Virus record (IMG/VR): IMGVR_UViG_3300003873_000002
Span: 32,001 to 96,000 of that record
Direction: 5' to 3' (one strand)
Source of the DNA: a virus
Length of the DNA: 64,000 nt
Shown here: one piece after another, positions 30,522-41,352 of the stretch
How the letters are laid out: each line of letters starts with the position of its first letter
Numbering within the stretch: the first letter of the stretch is position 1
Program-made: the position numbers and the translations under genes
Notes under the pieces: generated by a model
What the model saw: only the letters and a program-made list of their open reading frames with translations
Told to the model about the DNA's origin: nothing
Databases searched by the model: none

Positions 30522-33500
30522 TTAAAATACACAAACTTTATTCCAAACATTTGGATTTGCTGCAGTAAATGTGTTGGTTGTGTCATAAACAGGTAAGTCT
30601 GATTTTGTAACATGTTTTAATGATGTCCAATTAATCATATCAGTTGATGTTAATATTTCTATATCAAGATCACTGGGAACCCAATCAGATGAATATGCAC
30701 CAAACCACAATGACTGTAGATTACTATTTTCTATATCGAAAATAATATAATCACCACTTGTGACAGTGGAATATTGTCCTACAGACCCACTACTTCGCTC
30801 ATTAATTATATTATCTATTACTGATGATGATGATATTTTATAATCTAAAACATCACCTGGTGATATATGTATTACATCACCATTATTATCTAATAAACCT
30901 GTTGTTATAATAAATGGTTGTGTAGCTTTAATAACATTGATTTTGATAAATAAGCCGCTTGTCCTCATAGCTAAACCAAATTGTAAATATCTCTTATACT
31001 CTTCCACTCTACTTATTATATCACCATTAGCAGGCAATTCATAAACTTTATTCCAAACATTTGGATTTGCTGCAGTAAATGTGCTGTTCGCACTATAAAC
31101 TGGTAAGTCTTTGTTATAAACATACTTCAAATCAAACCAATTTACATTATCTTGAGAAACTGAAATTTTAATTTTTTTCAAAACATAACCAGCCGAATAT
31201 GCACCAAACCACATTGACTTTAACTTAGACTGATGCGATGTTATATCAAATACTGCATAATTGCCCGGTATAAGTGTTGCTGATGAACTTGATAAATAAT
31301 CACCAATCAAGTTTTTTAACGTACCACGATTAATTTTATAATCAATAATATCATTTGGACTTATTGACATCACATTATTTGAATCATCAATAAACCCAAA
31401 AGAAGTCGCGAATTCGTTAGTAATATTTTCAATATCTTCTATTTTGATATAATTGATATTATTAGCATATCTATCTGCATAAACTACTTTATCTTTGCTA
31501 TGTATTTGTAATGTTGCGTCCCCAAATACACTCATTGCGTTAACTGTGGGAATGATCGAATTAGTTGTAATTGGGTTACCGTTTACATACCATGATGCAG
31601 TACCCGTCGTACCAGCATTATAATCAAAAATACATGCTATTATATTTGAAACAGATGTATCAATAACAGTGGCGTCATACATAGATACATCAAATAAACA
31701 TTCAGATGTTGTTGTATCTGTTGCATTTATATCACCGAATGAAATTTGATAATTAGTGCCAGTGACTTCCATTTCAATTAAAATATATGGGTTTATATCA
31801 CCATAATATGTCAAATCATTCTGATTATTATATGGTGTGCCTGTAACAGAGGTTATTGTTTTAGGTCCATTTTTGCATATAAAATCAGAGACATCACTAT
31901 CTACACCATAATAATTAAACAATGGGTCATCTGGTGTAATTTTATCACGTCTCAAGTATACAATGCCCCCAGATCCAGCACCCGATCTTGTAGAACCAGT
32001 TACTCTTTCATCACATCCAGATCCACCAGATCCATACCCAATAGCATCATATTTAGTTAAAATATCAAATGAGGGTGTGCCACTAGAACATGAATCAATA
32101 CCACCACCACCTATTGATCTTTCACCAAAGTAGTTTCCAATATGGACAATGCCCCCACCACCACCACCGTAGTATTCTTTAACTCCGCTTATGCCTATAG
32201 GCATACCACTTCCACCCATTGCACTGTTAACTGATGGAGTATGTGGTTTTTTACCTGCACCTCCACCCCCACCAGATGAATAACCTGCATTAATTGCGCC
32301 GTCATTACCATAATATGGTCCGTTTGCAGAAGCTCTAAAATCAGCTTTACCAGCTGTAGTGTATGGGCCTTGTGGTGCTTTACCAGCACCAGAACCACCA
32401 TCTAACGCGTTTTTATTGCTCCAATAATCACCTGCTGCACCGCCTCTGCATTCAAAAACACTTGAACCGTCTACAGATGACACCATTGTAGTATCACCAC
32501 CACGAGAAGGATAAACCCCCTTGCTTTTATCATTTAACCCGGCTGTTCCACCTGCTCCAACATTTATATCATAATACCCTGTTTTTAAATCAATAACATT
32601 GTGATAAGCCTCACCTGCACCACCACCAGATCCCCAAGTATAAATACCACCTGCGCCACCTCCTGCTATAGCAAATACTTCAATTGAACCACTCATATCA
32701 GCACTCCATGCGATTGAAGTGTTACTTGTAAATTTAATGGTTTCAAATCGACTGTTATTTGTAACTTCAGCATTACCGAAATATGATGCGGCATTGTTTA
32801 ACTCAAGATGATCTGATAATAATTTTTTAGACATTTTAAGCAGCAAATCGGTTTTTTTCATTTCATTATACAGTTTTTGAGCCATTGCGCTCATTGAATC
32901 AAATTTTATACCATTGATATTTGATTCTGTTGTTGAAATCTTATCAGAAAGCACTTGGGTCTTAGTATCAAGTGCATCAAATGTTGCTTGATCGAATGCT
33001 GCTGATTTATTATTAACTGTGGTAACCTTATCAGCAGCCAGCACTAGTCCATCATACGCATTATTCGCTTTTATTTTTAAATCTGTTATGTTCGCGCTAC
33101 TTTGTTTGTATAACATTTCATCTACACCATCAGTGCGCGTTTTAACACCATCTAAACTTGTGTTCATAACAGCGTTATCAGATTCAATAGTTGTGGTATC
33201 AATTGTATTTGTATCAGATATAATACCATTATCTGTTGTTGTTAGCGAATTATCAATATTAGAATAATAAGTCGGCCCATTTTGGCTCACATCAACTCTT
33301 TTTTCATAAGTTGCAACTCTGCTTTCAATACTAGTTATTTTCTGTGTTACTATATCTGTATTTGATGATTGTAGATTTGCATCACTTAAAATATTTGATA
33401 ATTGTGTTTTTGCATTTACTATAGCGGGATTGATTGTCCCTAAATCAGATACAATAATATCTATTGAATCCTGCTCAACATTAAGATCACTAATATTTAT

Positions 33501-34868
33501 TGCGTTCACTTTTGAATCCAAAACATCTATTATTGAATTATAAGTACCACTTGTTATTAACGATTTGAGATTAATTTGTGCTGCATTATCACTATTTATA
33601 ATATTCACAATCTGTGGGATAGTTGTATTGATATTATTGATTACAGCAGTAACCTTCGCAAATAAAGCATCAATAACAGATGTATCAAAATTACCCAAGT
33701 CTGTGGTATTATTCAAATTCTGTAATTTCATATCAGTTAAGTTAGTTAATACATCACTTATTTTTGATGAAATATCATCTCTCGTTGATAATAATGTTTT
33801 CACCCGGGTGTTAAGTTCATCAAAAAATGATTGTGATGTTAATTTTCTAACATTTTCCAATCCTGATATTTTAGTGTCTGCTATGTTTTCATCAGCTACA
33901 TCATTATTATATGCAGTTAAAGAGTTTTTTACAACGTTTTTTATTGTATCTAATTCATTAACTAATGTTGATAAATCATTTTTGATTGCGCTGGTGTCAT
34001 TAATAACACTACTAAAATTTAGTTGTGCTGCTTCGACATCACTCGCTCTTACCATATCATTATTTTCCTGATTATTTATATAATCATTTACAGTGGCCTT
34101 TTTACTGTTGATAAAATCAATCTGGTTGTTAGAAATGGTTAATTTATCATTAATAAATTTAATTGTATCATTAATAAATGCTACTTGCTCATCAATACCC
34201 TCTGCAGTATACAATTTGTTATTTATACTTTCTGCTATTTTTAAATAATCCTTAACAACAAACATATTATTTTTTATAATCACTGTTTGAGATACGGTGG
34301 TGCTATCAGAAATCACATTTGTTACAATGTTATTATTGAATGCGTTTTTTAAATCACTACAAACAGAGCCATCGCGTGGAGTTTCAAAAATAAGTTCGTT
34401 GTTATCAACGCCAGATTTAAATTCGATACCAACACTGACAAAATCTGCTGATGTATCAATATAAACCCAATCAGTTAAATCCACAACACCTGCAACACCG
34501 ATAAATGATGAATTTTTCATTCTAAAATTAACCAAACTTTTTATTGGCTGGTTATATTTATCATAAAACACAAATTCTGCTGTTGATGGATTAGTTGTCT
34601 TAAATCTAGCACAATTACTAAAAGTTCTAAATGATAAAGCGTCGCTATATTTTGCCAGTTTATTGATTTTTTCTTTAGTTGATGCAGGAACAGTATTTTG
34701 TTTATCATACGCATCAGCAATATCAATAAAATTTTGCATGTATGATATATTCCAATCTGGTGTACCACGCCCTATTAGCTGCAAACCTTTATAATATTTA
34801 TGCTCTTCATTTTTGATCAGCATTGATTCCAATGCTGAATCGATGTGATAATCGACTATTTTTGTCAT
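30522..34868 (-). CDS. Long fibre/virion protein: coiled coil, glycine-rich domain, duplicated C-terminal domain
   Basis: GLQLIGRG...NF N-terminus; AGGGAGG...YGGGGGG...GSGGIV glycine-rich domain. Confidence 0.75.
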   Translation of the reverse strand: MTKIVDYHIDSALESMLIKNEEHKYYKGLQLIGRGTPDWNISYMQNFIDIADAYDKQNTVPASTKEKINKLAKYSDALSFRTFSNCARFKTTNPSTAEFVFYDKYNQPIKSLVNFRMKNSSFIGVAGVVDLTDWVYIDTSADFVSVGIEFKSGVDNNELIFETPRDGSVCSDLKNAFNNNIVTNVISDSTTVSQTVIIKNNMFVVKDYLKIAESINNKLYTAEGIDEQVAFINDTIKFINDKLTISNNQIDFINSKKATVNDYINNQENNDMVRASDVEAAQLNFSSVINDTSAIKNDLSTLVNELDTIKNVVKNSLTAYNNDVADENIADTKISGLENVRKLTSQSFFDELNTRVKTLLSTRDDISSKISDVLTNLTDMKLQNLNNTTDLGNFDTSVIDALFAKVTAVINNINTTIPQIVNIINSDNAAQINLKSLITSGTYNSIIDVLDSKVNAINISDLNVEQDSIDIIVSDLGTINPAIVNAKTQLSNILSDANLQSSNTDIVTQKITSIESRVATYEKRVDVSQNGPTYYSNIDNSLTTTDNGIISDTNTIDTTTIESDNAVMNTSLDGVKTRTDGVDEMLYKQSSANITDLKIKANNAYDGLVLAADKVTTVNNKSAAFDQATFDALDTKTQVLSDKISTTESNINGIKFDSMSAMAQKLYNEMKKTDLLLKMSKKLLSDHLELNNAASYFGNAEVTNNSRFETIKFTSNTSIAWSADMSGSIEVFAIAGGGAGGIYTWGSGGGAGEAYHNVIDLKTGYYDINVGAGGTAGLNDKSKGVYPSRGGDTTMVSSVDGSSVFECRGGAAGDYWSNKNALDGGSGAGKAPQGPYTTAGKADFRASANGPYYGNDGAINAGYSSGGGGGAGKKPHTPSVNSAMGGSGMPIGISGVKEYYGGGGGGIVHIGNYFGERSIGGGGIDSCSSGTPSFDILTKYDAIGYGSGGSGCDERVTGSTRSGAGSGGIVYLRRDKITPDDPLFNYYGVDSDVSDFICKNGPKTITSVTGTPYNNQNDLTYYGDINPYILIEMEVTGTNYQISFGDINATDTTTSECLFDVSMYDATVIDTSVSNIIACIFDYNAGTTGTASWYVNGNPITTNSIIPTVNAMSVFGDATLQIHSKDKVVYADRYANNINYIKIEDIENITNEFATSFGFIDDSNNVMSISPNDIIDYKINRGTLKNLIGDYLSSSSATLIPGNYAVFDITSHQSKLKSMWFGAYSAGYVLKKIKISVSQDNVNWFDLKYVYNKDLPVYSANSTFTAANPNVWNKVYELPANGDIISRVEEYKRYLQFGLAMRTSGLFIKINVIKATQPFIITTGLLDNNGDVIHISPGDVLDYKISSSSVIDNIINERSSGSVGQYSTVTSGDYIIFDIENSNLQSLWFGAYSSDWVPSDLDIEILTSTDMINWTSLKHVTKSDLPVYDTTNTFTAANPNVWNKVCVF

Positions 34869-34880
34869 TTTATTAATTCC

Positions 34881-37800
34881 TTATCTTTTGTGGATTATAA
34901 TAATACCATTTGAGCCAGACCCACCAAAAGTTGCATCTGTAGTTAAACATACACCACCACCACCATTTCCAAATCCTAGCGCATCTACATGATTGCTTAC
35001 TTCGTCGACTGTGACTACAGTATCATAACTTTTTTGTGCAGAACCACCAACATTATTTGTTCTTGGTAGAAAATTACTATCTGCTATTATATTTTGCCCC
35101 ACTGAAGCACCACCACATCCATAATATTCAGTTTTGCCAGTAATTGAACAAGGATATCCGAATAGGCCATTGCCACCTATTTGATCTGGTGTTTCAGTAT
35201 TTATTGATGATGGGAAATTATAACCCATAAAGCTTCTATCAGTGTATTCAAATGCACCTGACCCACCGCCACCGAGAGATGATCCTCGAGGAATTGACGC
35301 ATCATTATATTTATAATATTCTTTATCTTTTCCAATCATTAAAGATTTTTTTGCACCTTCATAATTTGCATCTAATGGCATACCACCACAACAACCACCT
35401 TGCACTTGGCTATAGTCTTTATTGCCATGAAAGCTTCCACCACCTCCACCTTGCACAGTGATACCAAATGCGGATGTTTCACCACCCCTTACACCAGGTG
35501 TATTTGCTGTTACTGCAAATAATTTACCACCTTCACCGACAACCAAATCATACGTACCAGCTTTTAATTTAAAGAATTTATTGTGGTATACAGCTCCTCC
35601 ACCACCACCACATGGATATGTATAATATGCAGATGAACATGCACCTGACCCACCACCAGCAACCATCATAAGCTCAACCACACAGTCATTGGAAACAGTA
35701 ATTTGGTCGTTACCATAACATGTAAATAATTCTGAACCGTCCTGCAGGATTTCTCGAACAATATTTGTGCCGGTTATTGAAGACTCATTTCCGTTCGTAT
35801 AAACTCTGTTATTATCATATAATGAATTAATGAATGTAAAAGCTTTATCCAAATCTACTTTTTTTGCATTGTTATAAGCAACCATTGAATCATAACTAGA
35901 TGAAATATTAGTAAATCTGTTATTAAAATCAGTGATTTCGCTTTCAATATTTGTAACTTTTGTATCTAAAACATCTACTTTAGATACCGCATTATCAACT
36001 TGTGTATTTGCGTTGTTAATTGATGCAGTCATTACATCTACACGTGCAGACGCATCATCAATTGCGGCAATGGATGTATTAACTTGAGAAATCAAATTGT
36101 TTGTCTGATCACTTAATGCAGTAATTTCAGCTGTTGTTGCTTGATCATTTCTCGCTTCTAGTGTAGTTAATCTAGCCTTTAATGTGTCAATAACACTATT
36201 TGTATTCGCGATATTTGTTGTTATGGATGCTATCTTAGCTGCAGCAGTTGCAACGTCATTACTAAACACATTATAGCTGTCACTCAAATTGTTTGCTTTT
36301 GTTTCTAAATCAAAGACACGTTGAGTATTGATATTAAAAACAAGGTTATTATTTTCAATATTTGTGATTCTTGTATTTAAATCTGTTTCGTTTGCAGTTA
36401 AAGTAGGTAGTTTTGAATCGATATTACTAATATCTGTATTAATACTATTAATTGTGTTATTGATGTTTAATATATCGTTTTTAGCTGTATCTGATTGTGC
36501 TTGTAAATCAAGGATATTATTTTTATTTAGATTATTTACAATAACAGATAAACTATCAACTTTTGTTAAAGCAGTGTTAACATCATCAATAGATGTTTGT
36601 GTGCTCGCAAGTAGTGTTTTATAATCATTTAATAAAGTGTTATAATTATTAACTAATGTGTTATTATCATTCACTAGACCGTCAACAGAAGTCGTTGATG
36701 CAGTATCTTGTCTATTTTTGATATCTGTAACAGATGTTTTAAGTGTATTTATTTGAGTTTGAAGATCCACTCCAACAGTTACATTATTACTATTACGCGC
36801 GATAATATCTGCTAATGATGTACTAATATTATCTGCTTCAGTTTTCAGTGTTGATACATCTGCTGCGAGAACATGATCATAACTAGTATCTAGTAAATCA
36901 ACACGTGTTTTGATATCGTTTAGCACACCGTTTAATGTATCTATATTTGTTTGTGTGTCTGTTGTAGTGGTATTCAATGCCACCATATCATTTTGCATAG
37001 TAGTTATTTGTGACTGCATACTATTAATTGTTTCTGGGGAAACAAGCTGGGCTGTTGCTTCGAGTGATTTAATTCTTGCATCGAAATCTGATATATTTTT
37101 TAACGCAGTTTGCATTTCACTGTATGTACTTTGAATAGTAGCTGACTGTGTTTCTTGATTATTTTTTACTGTCGCAATTTCACCGGGCAATGGGCTGATT
37201 TCTGCTGCATAATTTGAATTGTCACTTTCAATTTTATCAATACGCGATGCAAGTGTGTTTACTAAATCAACTACTTTAAGTGATTTAAATGTAATGGCAC
37301 TAAAATCAATTTTCGATTGTACGGGGTCTACCATATCCAATTCATAAATAGTATTATATTGTGAACCATCAAATGACTCAATTACTAATTTTGTATCTGG
37401 TGTAAATGGCAGTGAAGCTCCACAACGCCAAACCATATTTGAAACCTTAGAAGCATCAAAATCAGAACCGAAATCGAGTGTTATATGATCACCAGTTTGG
37501 ACAGTTAAGAAAAATTTACTTTGTTCATCTACGGTTTCACTGTAAAATGCCGAATCTGTTGACCCGTCACCCCTTACACTTTCCACTACTGATAAATTTG
37601 GGTATGATATGAAATCACCATTCGCGTCATAAAATGATATTGTAGATACAGTATTGTAAGGATATAAATTATTTTTTGAGATTAATGTAAAGCGCATACG
37701 ACGTGTGCAAAGATATATCGCATCGTTGTTGTAAACACCCATGATTTTTTCTATATCTTTGTCATACATTGAAATGGATGTTGTATTAATTCTGTCAGCT

Positions 37801-37952
37801 AATGTGACAAAATTCTGTTGTATTGGCTCATTCCAGTCAGCAGTTCTTTTACCTATTAGAGTTAAACCTTTGTACTGTAAACTTTGGGTAGGTGCCAATG
37901 ATATATTACCCACTGAAGTTGTTAACGTATAAGTTGTATTTGCATCAGACAT
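34881..37952 (-). CDS. Long fibre/virion protein: coiled coil plus glycine-rich domain
   Basis: Paralogous N-terminus GLTLIGKR...QQNF; VAGGGSG...GSNGIIII. Confidence 0.75.
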   Translation of the reverse strand: MSDANTTYTLTTSVGNISLAPTQSLQYKGLTLIGKRTADWNEPIQQNFVTLADRINTTSISMYDKDIEKIMGVYNNDAIYLCTRRMRFTLISKNNLYPYNTVSTISFYDANGDFISYPNLSVVESVRGDGSTDSAFYSETVDEQSKFFLTVQTGDHITLDFGSDFDASKVSNMVWRCGASLPFTPDTKLVIESFDGSQYNTIYELDMVDPVQSKIDFSAITFKSLKVVDLVNTLASRIDKIESDNSNYAAEISPLPGEIATVKNNQETQSATIQSTYSEMQTALKNISDFDARIKSLEATAQLVSPETINSMQSQITTMQNDMVALNTTTTDTQTNIDTLNGVLNDIKTRVDLLDTSYDHVLAADVSTLKTEADNISTSLADIIARNSNNVTVGVDLQTQINTLKTSVTDIKNRQDTASTTSVDGLVNDNNTLVNNYNTLLNDYKTLLASTQTSIDDVNTALTKVDSLSVIVNNLNKNNILDLQAQSDTAKNDILNINNTINSINTDISNIDSKLPTLTANETDLNTRITNIENNNLVFNINTQRVFDLETKANNLSDSYNVFSNDVATAAAKIASITTNIANTNSVIDTLKARLTTLEARNDQATTAEITALSDQTNNLISQVNTSIAAIDDASARVDVMTASINNANTQVDNAVSKVDVLDTKVTNIESEITDFNNRFTNISSSYDSMVAYNNAKKVDLDKAFTFINSLYDNNRVYTNGNESSITGTNIVREILQDGSELFTCYGNDQITVSNDCVVELMMVAGGGSGACSSAYYTYPCGGGGGAVYHNKFFKLKAGTYDLVVGEGGKLFAVTANTPGVRGGETSAFGITVQGGGGGSFHGNKDYSQVQGGCCGGMPLDANYEGAKKSLMIGKDKEYYKYNDASIPRGSSLGGGGSGAFEYTDRSFMGYNFPSSINTETPDQIGGNGLFGYPCSITGKTEYYGCGGASVGQNIIADSNFLPRTNNVGGSAQKSYDTVVTVDEVSNHVDALGFGNGGGGVCLTTDATFGGSGSNGIIIIHKR

Positions 37953-37994
37953 TGCATTGAATCCTTATATTTGTGTGATTATTTATACTTAATA

Positions 37995-38021
37995 TAAAAA
38001 AAGGGCATTGCTGCCCCTTTT
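37995..38021 (-). terminator. Intrinsic terminator
   Basis: aaaagggc-attgct-gcccctttt with an A-run. Confidence 0.7.
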
Positions 38022-38059
38022 ATTTAGTTGTTAAAATTAATTGCTATTAATTTTCAAGA

Positions 38060-39970
38060 TTATGCAGTTAAACCTTCACCTGCAAGTCCTGTTCCGGCAC
38101 CTGTATTAGAGATAGCGCGGTAGAAATATGAAGCTTTGCATGTTTTACCATCAAACTCACCTGCAGTTGAAGTAGCAAGTGTAATAACGTTATTGGCAAC
38201 TGATGAAACGTTAACAGCCAATGCTTCAGAATTATTTGTTCCAGCATAAACTACGATTTCACCCCATACAATTCCGTTAATACCATCAGCGATGTTATTA
38301 GAAACTGTTACAGTATCACCAACAACTTTAAGTGTTCCACCCATACCTTCGACTTTAGGACGTAAGATATAATCATAAGCGGTTTGGGCTGCATCAGCTT
38401 CTGCTTTAGCAATTGAACCAACACCAGTACCCTCAATTACATCTAAACGATCAGAAGAAGCTTTATCACCAGCAACACGCGCAACCTGCTCATCAGCATC
38501 TGCCTGTTGTAATGAAGCTTGTACAGAATCTAAATTAGCTTGTACACCTGCATCACCAGCTACGCGGTCAGCTGCTTCCTGTGTATCTGCAGCAACACGT
38601 AGTGCAGCTTCATCAGAAACAGCTTTGGCAACAGAACCATTTACAGTTGCAGGTCCTTCTAAAGTTGTTAAACGTGACTCGTGGTCAGTGTCAATACCCG
38701 TAGAACGAGTAACTTCTGAATCTAATGCAGACTGTAAAGCAGCATCAGCAGCCTGGCGATCAGTTGCTTCTTGTGCATCAGCAGCTTGACGGTCAGTTAC
38801 TTCCTGTGTAAGTGCATTAGAATTTGAAGTTTCAGCAGCAGTTGCGCGTTGAACTTCAGTTTGTAAAGCAGCTGCACCATCAGAATCAGCTTGCACACGA
38901 GCAGCGGTTTCCGCATCGATTGAGTTTTGTAAAGCGGCTTCAGCTAATGTAGCGCGACTTTTTTCATTATCAACTAAACCAGAAACTTCTGCAAAATCTG
39001 CAAATTTAATGAATGATTTACCTGAACCAACCCATGATGTAGGGACCAAATCACCATTTTCTGATCCGATTGCAACATATACGTCTTTATCACCAGAGAT
39101 GAAATAACCCCATCCAGCTTCAGTTGCTGCAGGGTCAAGATTATCAAGATCTGCAGTTGTTGGGAATTGTGCCATCCAACGGATACCAGCAACTAATCCA
39201 CTTTCGACTGTCTTTAAACGAGTGTCTAATGCATTATCACCTGATACACGCGCAGTAGTTTCAGCGGCTAAGTTATCTGATACTAGTTGCTCTGCACCTG
39301 TAGCGCGTTGAACTTCAGCATCGATAGCTGATTGTAAAACACCATCAGCAGCTGTGCGATCAGTAACTTCGTTGTTGATTAAAGAAGTTAAAGCGTCATC
39401 TGCAGCAGTTCTAGCAGTAGATTCTGCGGTATCAGCTGCTGTACGTAAATCAGCTTCTGATTTAACAGCGTTCTTAATTGAACCAACAACTGTATCATCA
39501 CCTTCAATAGTATCTAAACGAGCTGAGGCTGCATCATCAGCAGTTTGACGAAGTGTGGCTTCACCTGAAACAGCTGTTTGACGGTCTGCAACTTCTTGTG
39601 TGATAGCAGTTTGAAGTGTAGTATCAGCTGCAGCAAATTCGCTACGAACAGCGTTATCACCCGCAGTGCGGTCTGTGACTTCTTGGGCATCAGCTGCATC
39701 AGATGCTGCTTTGTTTGCTTTGATGATGGCCTCGATTTCACTCAAAGTATCATAACCAGCATCTGCGCCGTTGATTAAATCTAAAATAGCTTGTTGTACG
39801 CTAGTCGAGGTAGATGAGATTTGACCAGCAAGAATTTTACCTTGCTCAGCTGATAATGGAACACCTGTACCACCATCAACAAGGTTATTTACGATATCTA
39901 AAGTATTAACTTTTTCTAATAATGCAGGTACCGCTTTTGTTCCATATTGACGAAATTTTGTAATAGCCAT
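38060..39970 (-). CDS. Abundant coiled-coil virion fibre/whisker-like protein
   Basis: Repeated E...R..AD..LQ units, PLSAEQGKIL, capsid-like codon usage, GGAG SD and its own terminator. Confidence 0.65.
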   Translation of the reverse strand: MAITKFRQYGTKAVPALLEKVNTLDIVNNLVDGGTGVPLSAEQGKILAGQISSTSTSVQQAILDLINGADAGYDTLSEIEAIIKANKAASDAADAQEVTDRTAGDNAVRSEFAAADTTLQTAITQEVADRQTAVSGEATLRQTADDAASARLDTIEGDDTVVGSIKNAVKSEADLRTAADTAESTARTAADDALTSLINNEVTDRTAADGVLQSAIDAEVQRATGAEQLVSDNLAAETTARVSGDNALDTRLKTVESGLVAGIRWMAQFPTTADLDNLDPAATEAGWGYFISGDKDVYVAIGSENGDLVPTSWVGSGKSFIKFADFAEVSGLVDNEKSRATLAEAALQNSIDAETAARVQADSDGAAALQTEVQRATAAETSNSNALTQEVTDRQAADAQEATDRQAADAALQSALDSEVTRSTGIDTDHESRLTTLEGPATVNGSVAKAVSDEAALRVAADTQEAADRVAGDAGVQANLDSVQASLQQADADEQVARVAGDKASSDRLDVIEGTGVGSIAKAEADAAQTAYDYILRPKVEGMGGTLKVVGDTVTVSNNIADGINGIVWGEIVVYAGTNNSEALAVNVSSVANNVITLATSTAGEFDGKTCKASYFYRAISNTGAGTGLAGEGLTA

Positions 39971-40047
39971 AATGACTCCTAATATTTTTATTAATTGATT
40001 GATTGATTTGCTAAAAGCCGAATGAAAGTAGTTTTATAACGTGCAGG

Positions 40048-40239
40048 TTATTTTTGAATCATGTAAATCTTTTTATTTATTTTGTGAAATTTTCTAAAAG
40101 AAGAAGTTTTATATTCGCTTTTTAATTTTACGAATGTATTTAATTCAATATCAAAATTGATTTTTTTATCCACAACAAAATATTTATATCCATGCATTAT
40201 TAAAAATGCGGACAAACCACTATCTGTAACAGTTACCAC
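40048..40239 (-). CDS. Small hypothetical protein (DUF5659-like)
   Basis: D..LSAFL..GY motif. Confidence 0.45.
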   Translation of the reverse strand: MVTVTDSGLSAFLIMHGYKYFVVDKKINFDIELNTFVKLKSEYKTSSFRKFHKINKKIYMIQK

Positions 40240-40258
40240 ATTTATACCTGTATATGTT

Positions 40259-40723
40259 TTATAATCGGACTAAATATTTTACTTCTGCTGTATCACCATA
40301 CTGGTTAACTCCTTCAGTAAAAAATTCAATACGTCTACCCATTATATTAAATGTTCCATCGAGTACATTATTCGTACGCCGCCCATTCGAATCGACTTTA
40401 GTAACAACAACACTAATAATTTCACCTTGGGGTTCATGTGTAAGTATAACAAAATTCTTTTGTTTTAAATCATCCCAATGTATTGGTAAGCGCATATCAT
40501 TGATAATCGATGAACTTTCTTGAATATGATTTCTTTCTTCATCAAATATCATTTGTACTCTGTCTTGCAACTCCGGTATCAGATTTGCTGTTATTATTTT
40601 ATCTGAAATATCGATTGCGAAAGTTTCATCCTGATTACAGTTATTTGGTATAACTTTTGCTCCAACTGTTTGATTTATAATTGTAGAAAATCTTCTACCA
40701 GATTCTCTGTATTTAACTCTCAT
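40259..40723 (-). CDS. Hypothetical virion-associated protein
   Basis: 154-aa ORF in the operon. Confidence 0.6.
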   Translation of the reverse strand: MRVKYRESGRRFSTIINQTVGAKVIPNNCNQDETFAIDISDKIITANLIPELQDRVQMIFDEERNHIQESSSIINDMRLPIHWDDLKQKNFVILTHEPQGEIISVVVTKVDSNGRRTNNVLDGTFNIMGRRIEFFTEGVNQYGDTAEVKYLVRL

Positions 40724-40732
40724 ACTACATCC

Positions 40733-41293
40733 TTATGGTAATTTTTTGTTAGTCCTATAAACCAAAACATCACCTTCTAAAACTTTATCCACTCTGTTAA
40801 TTGAATTTTCAGTTATTTCTATAGTATATGAACCCCGTTGTATTGTATCAAATTCTTTATTTCTTGAATAAATAAGACTATATGTCTGGTCGGGAGTCAG
40901 TTCAAATTTAAATGTTGAATCTTTTTGCAAAACACCATCAACAGAAATATCAATTGTTTTCGTTGATGAAGATGACCTAAATGTTCTAATATAAAGTTTA
41001 GCAGAATAATCTTCAATATTTGCAAGTTGTGATGTTTTGAAAATTTTATAAAAAACTGTTAGTTCACTATGTGATAAGTGCTTTGCAATAAGATTTTCAC
41101 ATACAGTCATAAAATCTTTTTTGGATATATCATACCCTAATATAATAATTAATGTACTTTTAATGTCATACGGAATGCTCAATCCCATAATAAAATCAAG
41201 TAAGCGCGATTTATATAACTCATCATCTAATAAAGTTAAATTAAGAAACCAGCTAGATCCTTGGTCAATATGTATAGGATTTGTATCAAACAT
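40733..41293 (-). CDS. Beta-sandwich fibre adaptor-like protein
   Basis: IDQGSSW...YSAKLYIR...LTPDQT...VLEGDV pattern common in phage fibre adaptors. Confidence 0.55.
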   Translation of the reverse strand: MFDTNPIHIDQGSSWFLNLTLLDDELYKSRLLDFIMGLSIPYDIKSTLIIILGYDISKKDFMTVCENLIAKHLSHSELTVFYKIFKTSQLANIEDYSAKLYIRTFRSSSSTKTIDISVDGVLQKDSTFKFELTPDQTYSLIYSRNKEFDTIQRGSYTIEITENSINRVDKVLEGDVLVYRTNKKLP

Positions 41294-41352
41294 TTATTAT
41301 TCCTCTTCAATGCACTTATTTAATTATATTATATTATTATATATTAAATGTC

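Noticed and set aside
30533-31110. Possible DGR template/variable repeat pair
   Set aside because: Both copies are in-frame in one gene, mismatches are not confined to adenines, and no reverse transcriptase is in the window
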